A stretch of DNA of 64,000 bases from Eledone cirrhosa (taxonomy: Eukaryota): contig OZ024740.1 in assembly GCA_964016885.1 (NCBI GenBank), positions 333,746,001 through 333,810,000 of the forward strand, read 5' to 3'. This document shows, piece after piece, positions 49,108 through 62,749 of this stretch. The stretch's first letter is position 1. Every line of letters starts with the position of its first letter. The translations under genes were made by a program, and so were the position numbers. The notes beneath the pieces were generated by a model that saw nothing but the letters and a program-made list of their open reading frames with translations, was not told where the DNA came from and did not search any database.

Positions 49108-52100
49108 GGCGACCTACGTAGTAAATCATATCATCGTGAGCTCCGCAAAGGTTTGTTATTTTCAGTTGTTTAAAATTGCCATTTATGGAAAATGTTTATT
49201 GTTAACTGTATAATTGATTTCTGAAAAGGACACTCAAAAATATTGGGGCCTTGAGCCCAAAATTTAAACTTTTTATAATTATCAAACAAAAATTTTTCTT
49301 TGAAAAATCATGGATGTCTCATAGTCACTCCTTCCTCACAATCTAATACCTCACACCGACACCACCATTGTAAATATTGCTTTTGCCAACACTGGAAATG
49401 TAAGCAGTAGCAATATTTTAAATTTGTCTCAGGCAGACGTTCATTTCCCGCCATTACCAATGACTGCAGGTTTTAAAGCCGCCACCACTACAACCGCGAC
49501 AACCACCACCCCCACCACCACCACAGCGACAACAAAAACAAAAGAAAAAATAAATTAACTCATGATATCGAAACGAATTCAACCAAAATGAACTCTTCCA
49601 CATCGAACACCACTGACGCCACCACCACCACAACTGAAACTAAAATTAACAATAGCAAAATTAACGATAACAACAACAGCAACAATGAAATTAAGAAAAC
49701 TACTCTGAGTTTTGCCAGAGTAGCAAAAACGTGCGAAGCGATCCAGGTAAGTCAGGAGGAATTAGAAGAAGCCAAAGGAATGGTAAAGAAAGATGGGTAG
49801 AGGGTCAGCCCCCCCCCCCCCCCCACACACACACACCTAATAAAATGGAGCAACGTCGCCTATGCACCGCGTCTTATCGGACAATTAACATAAAATCGCG
49901 CCGAGTGGAACGGGAATCCGAGTCCCAAATCCAAAAACTTTGGGACATGTGTGGGCAAAAGAATAACCACATCTGACGTGGGCAGAAGTATGGGACCGTG
50001 GACGTGTTCTTTGAAACACCACAGGAGGCCAGAGAACACTCCATGGCCCCATTAAGAAGTGATGACTTCACACTCGTCCCAAGCTATTGTGGCCAAAGAC
50101 TTGTGAAGATCAGGGTGACCCACGTTCCACCGGCCATCGAAATTCCCTGGCTTATGGCTGCCGTCCTCGTCGGCATCGAGGCCAACACCAAGATAATTTA
50201 AATACCGAAAGAAAAGCAGGAGAACTGGTCCGAATCTGGGATGGAGCTCCTGATTCAAGCGTACCATAAAAGCATTGAGGAGATCCCAGAGGTAATAGAC
50301 CTCACTGACGGCAGCCACCTCACCGTAATCGTCGAGGGCAGAAGACCTAGGTGTGTCGTTTGTGTTGAAGGAACCCACCTAAGGGCTTTCTGCCCTCAGG
50401 CTAAAAGGTTGAGGCCACCTCTCTTACCCAGCACAGTGACTCAACCATCAACACCACCAGCAGCAGAAATGGCAGCAACAACTGTAGCAGCAACAACAGA
50501 AGCAACTGTAACAGCAACAACCCCAGCAACAGTAGCAAAACCAACACCACCACCACCCAACGCGCCAGAACTAGCACCAGCGCCTACACCATCCACTACG
50601 CCACAACCAAAACCAACGCCTGTGGAGGATTTTCCACTCCCCGGCTTATTGCAACTGGAGACAGATTGTGACGACCAGGAGTGGGAAACGGTATCAGGAA
50701 AAAAGAAAAAACGAAACCCCCCCAAAAAAAACATTTTCCTTCCCCCTCCAAAAACAAAATACAGAGGGAAACAAATAAATTATCAAACAAAAAAGTTAGG
50801 ACAGATATGCCACCATCCACACCAGCATCACCAACCCCATCACCACAAACACCAACACCATCATTAACCCCATCACCACCATCACCAACACCACAAAAGT
50901 CACCAAAAAGCGTAACAGAAACAAACCCACAACAAACGCAAACAAAACAAAACAACCAAAACGATACACACTACACAGCATTAAATTTGAACAACAACCG
51001 AGGTTGACTTTGCCTTTCATCCTTACGGGGTCGATAAAATAAAGTACCAGTAATGCACTGGGTAATTACTGGCCTTGTGCCTAAAGTAGAAACAATTAAA
51101 TTTGAACAACAACCAATTATTACACTACATGCAACACAACACCAGTATCACATAAAAAGACTACACAACAACCCAAAATTCACACCACCTCCACACATAC
51201 AAATCACTCGCATCACACAGAAAACGTACACGACACAAAAACAAAAATTCCCCAAAGACATCGGAGACTTCCGACAAACACTCTCCAGGAGGATTTATAA
51301 GGACATCCTTCCGGAGGGGGCCACAAGCAGTGAAAAGGATGGACAAACCATCCTTCCTCTACGAGAAGTAAGGTAAGTGGTCTTTCCCATCTGTTCCACT
51401 CCATTTCAACATGACCTCTCTCAGCATAAGCAGCATAAATGCGCGTGGCTTGGGGTCGTCATGGAAGCAGGGCCACCTGCTCAACGACCTCAGGTCACTA
51501 AACATAGATGTAGTGGCCATCAGAGAGACCAGAATCTCCGAAGCACGGGCCTTCGCACCGATCTTCGGCGGCTACGATGTGTACGCATTTCCCAACCGTC
51601 CGGGATCGGGGGGAGAAGTTGCTGTGCTTTTTCGGAGAGATTTGGAACTCGCCATACGGGCCATCTTCCTGGACCCAGAAGGTAAGTTGGTGGTGCTAGA
51701 CGTGACCAGCGGAGACGGGCAAGCTTTCAGGCTAGTGGTCGTCTATGCCCCGACAGGAGCAGGGCGGCCTGATTTCTTCCGGCGTCTGGAGACCTTTCTT
51801 GGATCGTCCCGCTCTTTAGTGTTAGTGGGCGAATGGAACGGGATCTGAGATGCACGCTAGGACTGTGTGGGATTAGCGGATAGGGGAGGAGGGTCCAAGA
51901 GCCTCACCAACCTGCTCAGGCGATTTGAACTGTCGGACAGTTCCCGATTGGATTTCCTGAATGTGCCAATGTGGACTTGGACAAATCGCATAGGGTCATC
52001 CAGATCATATCTAGATAGAGTATTTTGTAGAGAAATAGATAGGTCTAGCATAGGCTGTCCACAATTCAAGATAGTCAGCAACACGGACCACAAATTCGTG

Positions 52101-54508
52101 ATCTGTGTGCTTGACTTGGATAGGCTTCATAGACGAGGACCCGGCTACTGGAAGCTAAACGCGTCCTTACCAGCGCGCAAGGCTTACAGATTCCGGATTA
52201 GCGAACTAGTTAAGCGGGCGTTGACGAGGGCCATCGTTAACAAAAAGTGGTGGGTTGCTCTGAAAAGAGCAATTAGAATAGAGTCCATTAGGTTTAGTAA
52301 GGCTTTAGCAATAGAGAAAAATAGAGCAGAGGGAGAATTAGTTAGAAAATTAGACGAGGCGCTTAGCAAAGGCATCGCGACCGACGTACTTGCGGCGAAA
52401 TTGGCCCTTGACCAATTCTTCAATGCAAAGCACGAAGGCTGCGTTGTCAGAGCTAGGGTGTGTGCTCTCAGACACGAGGGGACGAAAGCCGTTCAATGGG
52501 CCCGATCCGGTCTTTAGTGGACCATGACGGGCGCATGCTACTCGATCACGGGAAAATGTGTGAAGCTTTTCAGCGACACTTCCCTCAGTTGTTCGGGGGC
52601 AGCGGCGGGCCGGATCGATGGATGGACTTTAGTGTCTACCTCGACGGACTCCCGTTGCTCTCGGCCACTGAGGCGGCTGGCTTTGGGCCCGTCTTCAGTG
52701 TCTGGATCGCTGCCATGCACAGCGACATCTGCTCTGTGGTGAGAGTGAACGGTCACCTTTCGGAACCGTTCAACATCATGCGCTCGGTCCGCTAAGGATG
52801 TCCCCTCTCGTCCCTCTTGTACGTATTGACTCTCGAGCAATTACTGCACAAACTGGAGACGTTGAGGGGGTCCCGCGCGAAGTAGGAAGATCCGTGTCAG
52901 CATATACGTACGATGTCACAGTAGTGGTGTCGAACGCCAAACACATCGAGGCGATCGTCACTACACTAAGAGAATACGAAGCGGTGACAGGAGCAATGAT
53001 CAACCAGGAAAAGTCAGTGGGCCTGCAGCTCGGCACCTAGAGAGGCAGGTCCATGCCGTCCAACAGCGTCGTCGGGCGTTGGACGGACGGACCAGTTAAA
53101 TTGCTCGGGGTCTATTTCGGTCCGGATCTCCAGACGGACAAAAACTGGGACGAGGTGACGAGCAGGGTGGCTTCTCTCACCCAGAAATGGGCGAGAGGAA
53201 GCTATCCCTGAAAGGTCGAGCGGAGGTGGCTAACGCGTACATCGCGTCCGTCATCTACTACCGCCTGACCGTCGTACCTTGTCCTAAGCCCCGCCTGACT
53301 GCACTGGAGCGTTTGCTCTTTCGCTTTTTGTGGGAGGGACGCGCTCCGATGGTCAGGCGGTCCATTTGCTGTCAACACTCGCTACGTGGAGGGCTGAGAA
53401 TGCCGTGGCTGATTATGCGCAGACACGCGCTCAGGCTACGACATCTCCACCTCTACCTCGACGGTGATCAGGTGTGGTCTCCGTTTGCTAGACCTGTCTT
53501 TCCCCAGCTCGTCTCCTTTGTGAAGCTGCAGTCCTGGGTCAAGCGAAGACCGACAGGGAGCGCTTGGAGACTGGAATGTCTTCAGGCGTTCACAGCCCTC
53601 GACCAATCGGGCAATGTGATCGGTGGAAACTCCCCCTTGGCGTTCTATAGAGGATTAGTGGAGGGGAGGAGCGACGACGTACTTGGGGAAACTCTAGGCG
53701 TCGACGAAAATAAACTAGCCAATCTCTTCGGAAGAACTTTCGGGCCAGGGCCTATGGACAACTTCCAGAAATCCCTGGCCTGGCAGTGCTACCGAGAAGC
53801 TTTGCCAGTTCGGGATAAACTCTACATGCATGGAGGTGCCGTCAGCTGGGCATGTCTGAGATGCGCGCAGGGCGACGAAACCGTCCTGCACGCACTCGTC
53901 CAGTGTCCGGGCATTGCTGACTTGTGGGTTTATGTCGAACACCTGCTGTCGCGTGTAGGACAGGTCCAGCTATCTGCTGGGTCCATCGTGAGGATTGCCC
54001 CGCCCTCTTCCCTTAGCCGGGAAGGGCAGGCAGTTTTTATCTGTCTGGTGGCCATGGCGAAAGAGATAGTATGGTGGACACGTTTGAAAGGGCTGATAAA
54101 CTTTTTCAAATTTCATTTAAAAAGGAAAATCAGGGTAGAAAGGGAAGTGCTCTCTTCCGAGCATTTTGTTGAAAGATGGGTGAGAGAGGCAAGAATGTCT
54201 CGCGTGAATGGGCCTACTCTGAGTATGTGTCTGTAAATTAAAGGTGGAAAACTGGGAGAGGGCACTTGCCCTGGTGGTCAGGGTCACTGTGGCTCTTTAA
54301 TGGGCTTTCTCCACGAATGTCCCTCGGAAGTCTCCCGCCTATTGGGGAATTTTTTCATTGTTCTATTATTACATCCTCTGTTTCTTGTTTTTTACACGCA
54401 GAAATGCCCATTTGTACCGCCCTGTATTGTCCTGTACTCTCCTTAATGTCTACTTTATGTAGACCCTTGTGGTTAATAAAGAAAGGATTATTATTATTAT
54501 TATTATTA
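49108..54508 (+). mobile_element. L1/Tx1-clade LINE D: distinct 5' UTR/ORF1 joined to a lineage-A ORF2/3' UTR, with an internal RT deletion
   Basis: ORF1 has CVVCVEGTHLRAFC (50241-50867). ORF2 pieces 51411-54236 are very similar to A2. About 520 bp is missing at about 52674. (TTA)n tail. Confidence 0.93.
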
Positions 54509-54538
54509 CAGCTGCATTTATATATATATATATATATA

Positions 54539-55091
54539 TAAATCAGGAACGAAGGTTTACATGGTTTGCAATACAAAAAAGTTTTTAATCACATAGCTTA
54601 CATTTGTTTCACTGAACTGGTATGTCTAGAGATCGCTATCCGCTTAATTTTGCGTTACTCGATCGCCAATACAGAATTATAACCAGTCAGATCTTCGGAG
54701 CATGCGAGAATGAAGAAAATACACAGGCAAGAAAAGAAAAGAAAATACGGCTACTATATGGAGTAGTTATGGCATTCAATTAGAACAATAACAACAATTA
54801 CAACAATGCTATCAATAAACTATTTAAGGAGACCCTGACATTACTTAGGTGAGGGGTATATAATGTATCTAATGTTACGGCGTGAAAACCAGCTGTCATA
54901 AGGCAAAAAGTATCGTAGTGTGTATCAATTTTAAATTATAAAGATAAGCTAGTTTTTACAGTCTTTCTCTTCATCTTCAACAGTATACATGAGTGGGACC
55001 ACTGTCAAAGCTCAATAGTTGTAGAGTTAATACAGAGGTTAACGAATTAATATACGCATATATCTACGCACACACACGCACACATACACAT

Positions 55092-55136
<45 letters not shown>

Positions 55137-57789
55137 TATATACACATATATACACATGCATGTGTACATAGACACATACATACACATCAATATACACTCG
55201 TACAAAAATATACATACATGCAAAGAGAAAAGCGTGCTAATTGTAATTATGGCAAAAAGAAGGTAAAGTAACATTGTAGTAGTGAAATGAGAAAAACTAG
55301 GATCTAGGATCAAATGATTGCAGCAGCTGAGAAGGAGTAAGATTGTTGGTAGATGAGGTACTTACAGACAATTGTGTGGTATAGACTTGTGAAGGAAATA
55401 GTATACTTAATGAAAATATTTCTGTGGGTAGTAGGTATCCTAATTTAAAGCTATGTTATGTTGGTTCGATTCACGGAGGTTTGAATCTTATGAATTTAGT
55501 GGCTATTCTATGTCTGCAGAAGATAGATCTTTCTAACTTATTATTAAGTAGCCTTTTAACATTTCTAAGGATATACAATAGCTCAAGATCACACAGCCCG
55601 CAATAGGACATCCCTGTACTATAGGTTTTAGCAGCCGACAACTTCGACCAGTTGATAGTGTAGTTAGTGTTGCTGTCCTTCAATTCCCATATTTTTCTGG
55701 CGAGGGTGGTGGAACCCATAAGTGCACGGTTTTTCATAGAGTGCCTGAGCACATACCATCTTTTCTTAAAAGAACCCGCGGTGGATCCTATGTAATTCCA
55801 GGTGGAGTTACCCGAGATGACAGTGCACATGTACACCAGGCTCGAATCGAGACATCTGTTCGCCAATGGGCACCTATCTGGGAGGTGACAGTTGCAGTTT
55901 GAGGCGCTATTTTGTGCAGCTTTTACATTCCTATTTAGTACCCTGTTATAAGTGGGTTGTGATATATGCCCAATGGGGTTTCGCTGCTGCGCGTTTGTAT
56001 GCGCTTGTAGTTGTGATGTTGTGATGAGTTTGTGCTTATGTATAGGTGCAATTGATTTACTTGGTATATTTCTGTGGTTGATCTTGCTATGCTGTTGAGA
56101 AAGAGAGTTTTATAGTAGATCTATTGAGTATTTTGTGATATCTATGCGAGATAGGGAAGTGTTTATCTATTAGTTTAAAGAATGTAGAGGGCAGTCTAGT
56201 TTTTATAGAGGAGTTGAATATTGGGTTGAACCATAGGTATTTTCTTTGTCTGTTTCTTCTATTGTTTCTAGGGTTTACGTTATTAGTGTTTTGGCCGTTT
56301 ACTCTAGGTGTTACATGTCTAACCCTATGTCTAGTCAAGCTATTCCTATTATTATGTGAGCGGTTGGAGTAGAAATTACTAGGATTGTTTATGTTGTCCT
56401 TATTCACTATATACTGTAGTTTATCTTTATGACCGGCCTACTTAATGCTGCATTATAATAGTCAGCATGCTCGTTACAGATTTCTAGTTTTGAGGATAAG
56501 CGGGATATTCGGAGGGATATACTACGTGCCATGGATTTAATTATGGATATGGGGTGTTTTGAGTTGTAACTAATGTAGGCAAGATTTTCATTATTTTTGT
56601 GGAAAGGTTCTATTAATCCAGTATTTAGATTTAGAGTTACATCTAGAAAATTTACCTTCTTATGGTTTAGTTCGTAGGTAATACTTAGGCCTAGTTTTTT
56701 GAAGAATATTCTAATATTTTTCCTTAGTCTTTCCATGCTCTGGTTGTTTAGGTTCCTAGCTATAAGTAACGTGTCGTCCCTATAAATTCCTCCTTGGAGG
56801 TTACTGAATTCCTTATGCAGGTTGTGTGCTATGAATACGCAAGATCAACCACATAAATATATCAAGTAAATCAATTGCACCTATACATAAGCACAAACTC
56901 ATCACAACATCACAACCACAAGCGCATACAAACGCGCAGCAGCGAAACCCCATTGGGCATATATCACAACCCACTTATAACAGGGTACTAAATAGGAATG
57001 TAAAAGCTGCACAAAATAGCGCCTCAAACTGCAACTGTCACCTCCCAGATAGGTGCCCATTGGCGAACAGATGTCTCGATTCGAGCCTGGTGTACATGTG
57101 CACTGTCATCTCGGGTAACTCCACCTGGAATTACATAGGATCCACCGCGGGTTCTTTTAAGAAAAGATGGTATGTGCACAGGCACTCTATGAAAAACCGT
57201 GCACTTATGGGTTCCACCACCCTCGCCAGAAAAATATGGGAATTGAAGGACAGCAACACTAACTACACTATCAACTGGTCGAAGTTGTCGGCTGCTAAAA
57301 CCTATAGTACAGGGATGTCCTATTGCGGGCTGTGTGATCTTGAGCTATTGTATATCCTTAGAAATGTTAAAAGGCTACTTAATAATAAGTTAGAAAGATC
57401 TATCTTCTGCAGACATAGAATAGCCACTAAATTCATAAGATTCAAACCTCCGTGAATCGAACCAACATAACATAGCTTTAAATTAGGATACCTACTACCC
57501 ACAGAAATATTTTCATTAAGTATACTATTTCCTTCACAAGTCTATACCACACAATTGTCTGTAAGTACCTCATCTACCAACAATCTTACTCCTTCTCAGC
57601 TGCTGCAATCATTTGATCCTAGATCCTAGTTTTTCTCATTTCACTACTACAATGTTACTTTACCTTCTTTTTGCCATAATTACAATTAGCACGCTTTTCT
57701 CTTTGCATGTATGTATATTTTTGTACGAGTGTATATTGATGTGTATGTATGTGTCTATGTACACATGCATGTGTATATATGTGTATATA

Positions 57790-57836
<47 letters not shown>

Positions 57837-58390
57837 ATGTGTATGTGTGCGTGTGTGTGCGTAGATATATGCGTATATTAATTCGTTAACCTCTGTATTA
57901 ACTCTACAACTATTGAGCTTTGACAGTGGTCCCACTCATGTATACTGTTGAAGATGAAGAGAAAGACTGTAAAAACTAGCTTATCTTTATAATTTAAAAT
58001 TGATACACACTACGATACTTTTTGCCTTATGACAGCTGGTTTTCACGCCGTAACATTAGATACATTATATACCCCTCACCTAAGTAATGTCAGGGTCTCC
58101 TTAAATAGTTTATTGATAGCATTGTTGTAATTGTTGTTATTGTTCTAATTGAATGCCATAACTACTCCATATAGTAGCCGTATTTTCTTTTCTTTTCTTG
58201 CCTGTGTATTTTCTTCATTCTCGCATGCTCCGAAGATCTGACTGGTTATAATTCTGTATTGGCGATCGAGTAACGCAAAATTAAGCGGATAGCGATCTCT
58301 AGACATACCAGTTCAGTGAAACAAATGTAAGCTATGTGATTAAAAACTTTTTTGTATTGCAAACCATGTAAACCTTCTTTCCTGATTTAT
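54539..58390. mobile_element. Palindromic PLE insertion: 5'-truncated minus-strand PLE plus an inverted duplicate of its 3' 1.55 kb
   Basis: Arms 54539-56087 and 56839-58390 are near-perfect reverse complements, each with a GIY-YIG ORF (55471-55866 -, 57060-57455 +; LVYMC...YIGSTAGSFKKR). The spacer holds the RT end (IYRDD at about 56780, VNFLDV). Confidence 0.94.
58221..58339 (+). ncRNA. Variant HHR-like motif with an expanded stem II (mirror copy at 54589-54707, minus strand)
   Basis: tcgcatgct-CCGAAGA-t-ctgactggt[about 60 nt]accagttcag-t-GAAAC-aaat-GTA^agc-t-atgtga, about 50 nt from the element end. Confidence 0.55.
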
Positions 58391-58557
58391 TATTACTCCA
58401 AGTGTTTACAACATAGGAATTACAGCATACCCGCAGCTTCACTATGAAAACGCCGTGTTGAGTCAAACCAAGCCAAGCGTTAATATCATCCACTACCTGG
58501 AATACCATAACTGGACTTCACCTAAGTGGACTGCATTTAACTATTATTTGTTAATCC

Positions 58558-58620
<63 letters not shown>

Positions 58621-58627
<7 letters not shown>

Positions 58628-61320
58628 ATTATTATAGTTGCATTTATCTTGCTTTATGTTCATACGAGTTATCACCAAGTCACAACCAGTGACCTCAAGA
58701 GACAACAAGGTCCGCCATGTTCAAGAAAGAACATACATACTCACACATGCATCTTTAGGTGTTTAGACTTGTGATGTACTTATATTGACAGAATCTTCCT
58801 TAGTATATGGGCAGTTCCCATTAGTACTATCTTTTGTATTTCTCCTATACGCGGGTTCCCTGCGATTTGCGATAAGTAATTATTAGACCCCTTAGGTATC
58901 ATTCCTAGAGCGCCTACAACCACTGGTATTGTTTTAGTTCTCAATTTCCTCATTTTTCCAATTTCTATCTCCAGGTCCTTATACTTGCTCAATTTTTCAA
59001 ATGTTTTTGTAGATACATTCTTGTCTATTGGAACGGACATATTAATTAGCAGGCATACCCTCCTTTTAAAGTCCTTCGATATTATATCAGGTCTATTTGC
59101 ATCTATGTTTCGGTCTGTTTGGATGCTAAAGTTCCACAAGATTGCGATGTGATCTTTTTCAAGTATGGGAGGTGGTTGATGCTCCCACCACTTCTTTTGA
59201 TGGGGCAGGTCAAAATGCACACTTATTATCCAATGTATGTATTGTGCAGCTCTGTCATGCCTGTTTAGGTATTCGGTTGGAGCTATAGGACTGCACATTG
59301 AAATTATATGGTCAATGGTCTCTGGTTGTTTTTTACATACACGGCATAATGGGCTGCATCCATTTTTTATTATGTTGGCTTGGTAATTTTTTGTTGGCAG
59401 ACACTGATCTTGTGCTGATATAATCAGTCCTTCAGTCTCCGATTTCAGTCCAGAGGATGCCAACCACTGATAGGTTAACGTTTTGTTAACATCAGGATCG
59501 TTAGCTCGTTCTGGGTATTTTCCATACAGAGGCTTTTCTTGCCATTTCTTAGCCAGTTTCTGTAGCAGTTCTTTCTTTGCAGTTACTTTTACCTGCTTTT
59601 CTTTTTCTGTGTTTTCCATTTCAGCAGTAAATGGGACTTCTGAAATTTGTAGTCCATTACTGTATCTTTGTGCATCTTTTGTAATGGAATATGATCTTTT
59701 GATGCTTTCGTGTTTCAAAACGAGTTTGATCACCCAATCATGTGATTCCCTTAGATATGTAGATAATCCAATTGTTGTAGTTTTCAACGCAATGTCTTAC
59801 TGGATTAACCCACGTCCTCCTACTTTCCTAGGGAGATATATTCTATCTGTATCTGCCTTAGGGTGATGCATTCTGTGCATGGTTAAGAATTTTCGAATTT
59901 TTGTATCGAGCCTACGGATCTCTGTGCTTGACCAGTTGATGACATTGTAACTGTAGGTTACTACTGGTATGGCAAGCGTGTTTATGGCATCGGTCCTATT
60001 CCTTGCATTCAATTCCGTTCTTAAGATTGCTCTTACTCTGCGGTAACATTCCTTCCTTATCCTTTCCTTCATTGTCGAGTGCTTGATTCTGACTCCTTCA
60101 CAAACACCTAGATATTTGTAAGTTTCCTCTTTATCAAGTTCTCTTATCACATTCCCCCGATCAAGATTAATGTCTTAATTCTTCAGCAGCTTTCCTCTGG
60201 TGAACGTTGCTTTGGCGCATTTATCTAGTCCAAGCTCCATTTGAATGTCATCACTGAACTGCTCCACAGTGGATAATAGCCCTTGCTATTGTTCATCATT
60301 TTTTGCAAATAGTTTCAGGTCATCCATGTAGAACAAGTGATTAATGGTTTTGTCATAGACTTTATATCCATGTTTTGTTTCATTGAGCATTTTACTTAAT
60401 GGTATAAGTGCGATGCAGAATAAAAGCGGTGATAAAGAGTCACCCTGAAAAATTCCACAATTAATATTAACTTCTCCAGCTTCCAGTGATTTTGTTTCAC
60501 TATTCAAAAGGAATATCGTTTTCCAGGTCTTCATACTGAATGACAAAATCCTCCTCACACCGGGAGATATTTTGAAAATATCTAAACATTTTTCAATCCA
60601 ACTGTGTGGGAAACTATCGAATGCTTTTTTATAATCTATCCAAGCAATTGATAGATGTTTGTGTCTATTATGACAATCTTCCAGTATCATTTTGTTAACC
60701 AAAAGCTGATCCTTACAGCCATATGCGCCTCGTTTAAACCCTTTCTGCTCAATGGGAAATAGGTCATTTGTTATCAGGTGGTCATATGTATATTCAGTTA
60801 GGACTGATGTCAAAATTTTATACATTGTGGTCAAGCAAGTTATCGGTCTGTAATTTTTGGGATTGTTTGTCTCATCATTCTTCGGAAGCAGGAATGTAAT
60901 GCCGTTAACTAGTCATGATGGTATCTTTTCTGGCTCCTTAACTATTTCATTGTAAAGTTGGGCTAACAGCTCATGAGACTCTGTGAAGGCATTTATCCAA
61001 AGGTTTTGTATTTTGTCTTTTCCTGGGGATTTCCATTTGTTGGTTTTTCTTAGAGCCAAACGCAACTGTTCAACTGTTATATTTTCCCATATTTGTTCCT
61101 CAAGGTGAGCTGTATCTTTCATTTGTCTATCTATCCATGGGGCATGTATATTATGAGTTTTTTCTTCGGCCTAGATCTTTTCCCAGAATTCTTGCACTTC
61201 CTCCTTGGGTGGTATTGATTTAGCAGTTATTGTTGACTCACCAATTTTTCTGTAGAAGTTTCTTTGGTTGTTTTTGAACATATTATTGTCCTTATAGAAT
61301 CTAGATCGTTTTTCAAAGCC
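58621..61320 (-). mobile_element. R4/Dong-like RLE LINE (RT, CCHC, RLE), 5'-truncated and interrupted by stops
   Basis: RT motifs WKSPGKD, EQKG, AWIDYKKAFDS, GIFQGDSLSPLLF, HLFYMDDLKL and YKYLG. Then ETEG..AQDQ, CRVC...ETIDHIISMC, RHD and RPDI...K..KY. (TAA)n tail at 58621-58635. Confidence 0.93.
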
Positions 61321-61499
61321 CCTTATTTCATCAAGATATTGTTTGGATAAAATCTTTCCGGCTATATATTAAATCATAGAACTATGAAGCAATATATTTC
61401 TTCATATTTCTACTTGCTGATTTGTTTTTATTTTTCGACCAAATACATAATTATATTCCATTCTCACGAATACACCTATCATCTTATACGCCTTACGTA

Positions 61500-62430
61500 T
61501 TATAATTCGAATTGAATGTCTAATCTTTTATTTTCATCTTAAATTGATAAAACAGAAACAGGAAGTATAATTTCTCATATGTTGAAAACCGAATTTTTAT
61601 TCACTAATACTTCTGTTCATATTTGGAACCATCCTATGTGAAGGTCTAGACTTACAACTAGCTCACTCGGGGCTCTCACTATGCGGACAACTATCTAGGT
61701 TACGACCTACAGAACACAACAACCGCTGCACGCTGGCCAACTGCCCTATCGATAACACGGATATATGCAGTCAAGCATATGTCGTATACAGAGTCCATCG
61801 TATACAGAGTCTATATAAGTAGCACCAGCAGCCACCTACACATCAGAATTAACGAACACATTAACACTAACGCTTCTTCCTTCAAGAAACAGTTAAAGAA
61901 ATGCAAAAGCACCACAAAAAAAATAATGACTCTTAGGGTTAAAACAAAAGAAAGAACGCTCAGCAATATTAGAACACACCCGGAGATTAATAATAGACTA
62001 GAACTAAGCACACAATAACTATCGTAGAAGGCTACTGGAGTCTACATAATAGGGTACACATAGGCCTGCTTACAGCCACATTATTAATCTGGGAGAAATC
62101 CTGTTTTTACACGATTTCACCCATGCGTGTTTACATATGTGCGTGCATGCTTACACACACGGAGGTATGCATACACGTGTATGTCCGCACGTAGTAATGT
62201 CTAAAGGGATTTAAAAAGGAAATAACTCTGTGTCCCCTTTGACCTTTCCAGACCTTAAATTTCACACAAAAGAGGTTAGAAAAAAATAATAAACCAAATA
62301 AATAAATAATAAAACTACTTCCGGCCATCATGGTATAGAAAGCCACATTGGAAACTGTAATACTTCCTTTATTTTCTGCCGATAAAGAGATATTAATCTC
62401 GAAATATCAGGACATGAATAAATTAAAGTA
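61500..62430 (+). mobile_element. Highly degenerate PLE 3' fragment
   Basis: SIVY...YISSTSSHLHIRINEH...PEINNR resembles a GIY-YIG domain (61779-62018). Degenerate HHR-like gagat(atta)atctc-GAAATATC at about 62380-62412. Confidence 0.55.
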
Positions 62431-62502
62431 AAAGAAAAGCAAATCCCGTTGCATTATTCTTCTATCCAAACCTACATTGCCGTAGCTTTCCAGTTTCGAA
62501 TT

Positions 62503-62695
<193 letters not shown>

Positions 62696-62749
62696 GCGCG
62701 TGTATATGTGTAAATCTATCGATCAGTCTCTATATGTATATGTGCTTAG

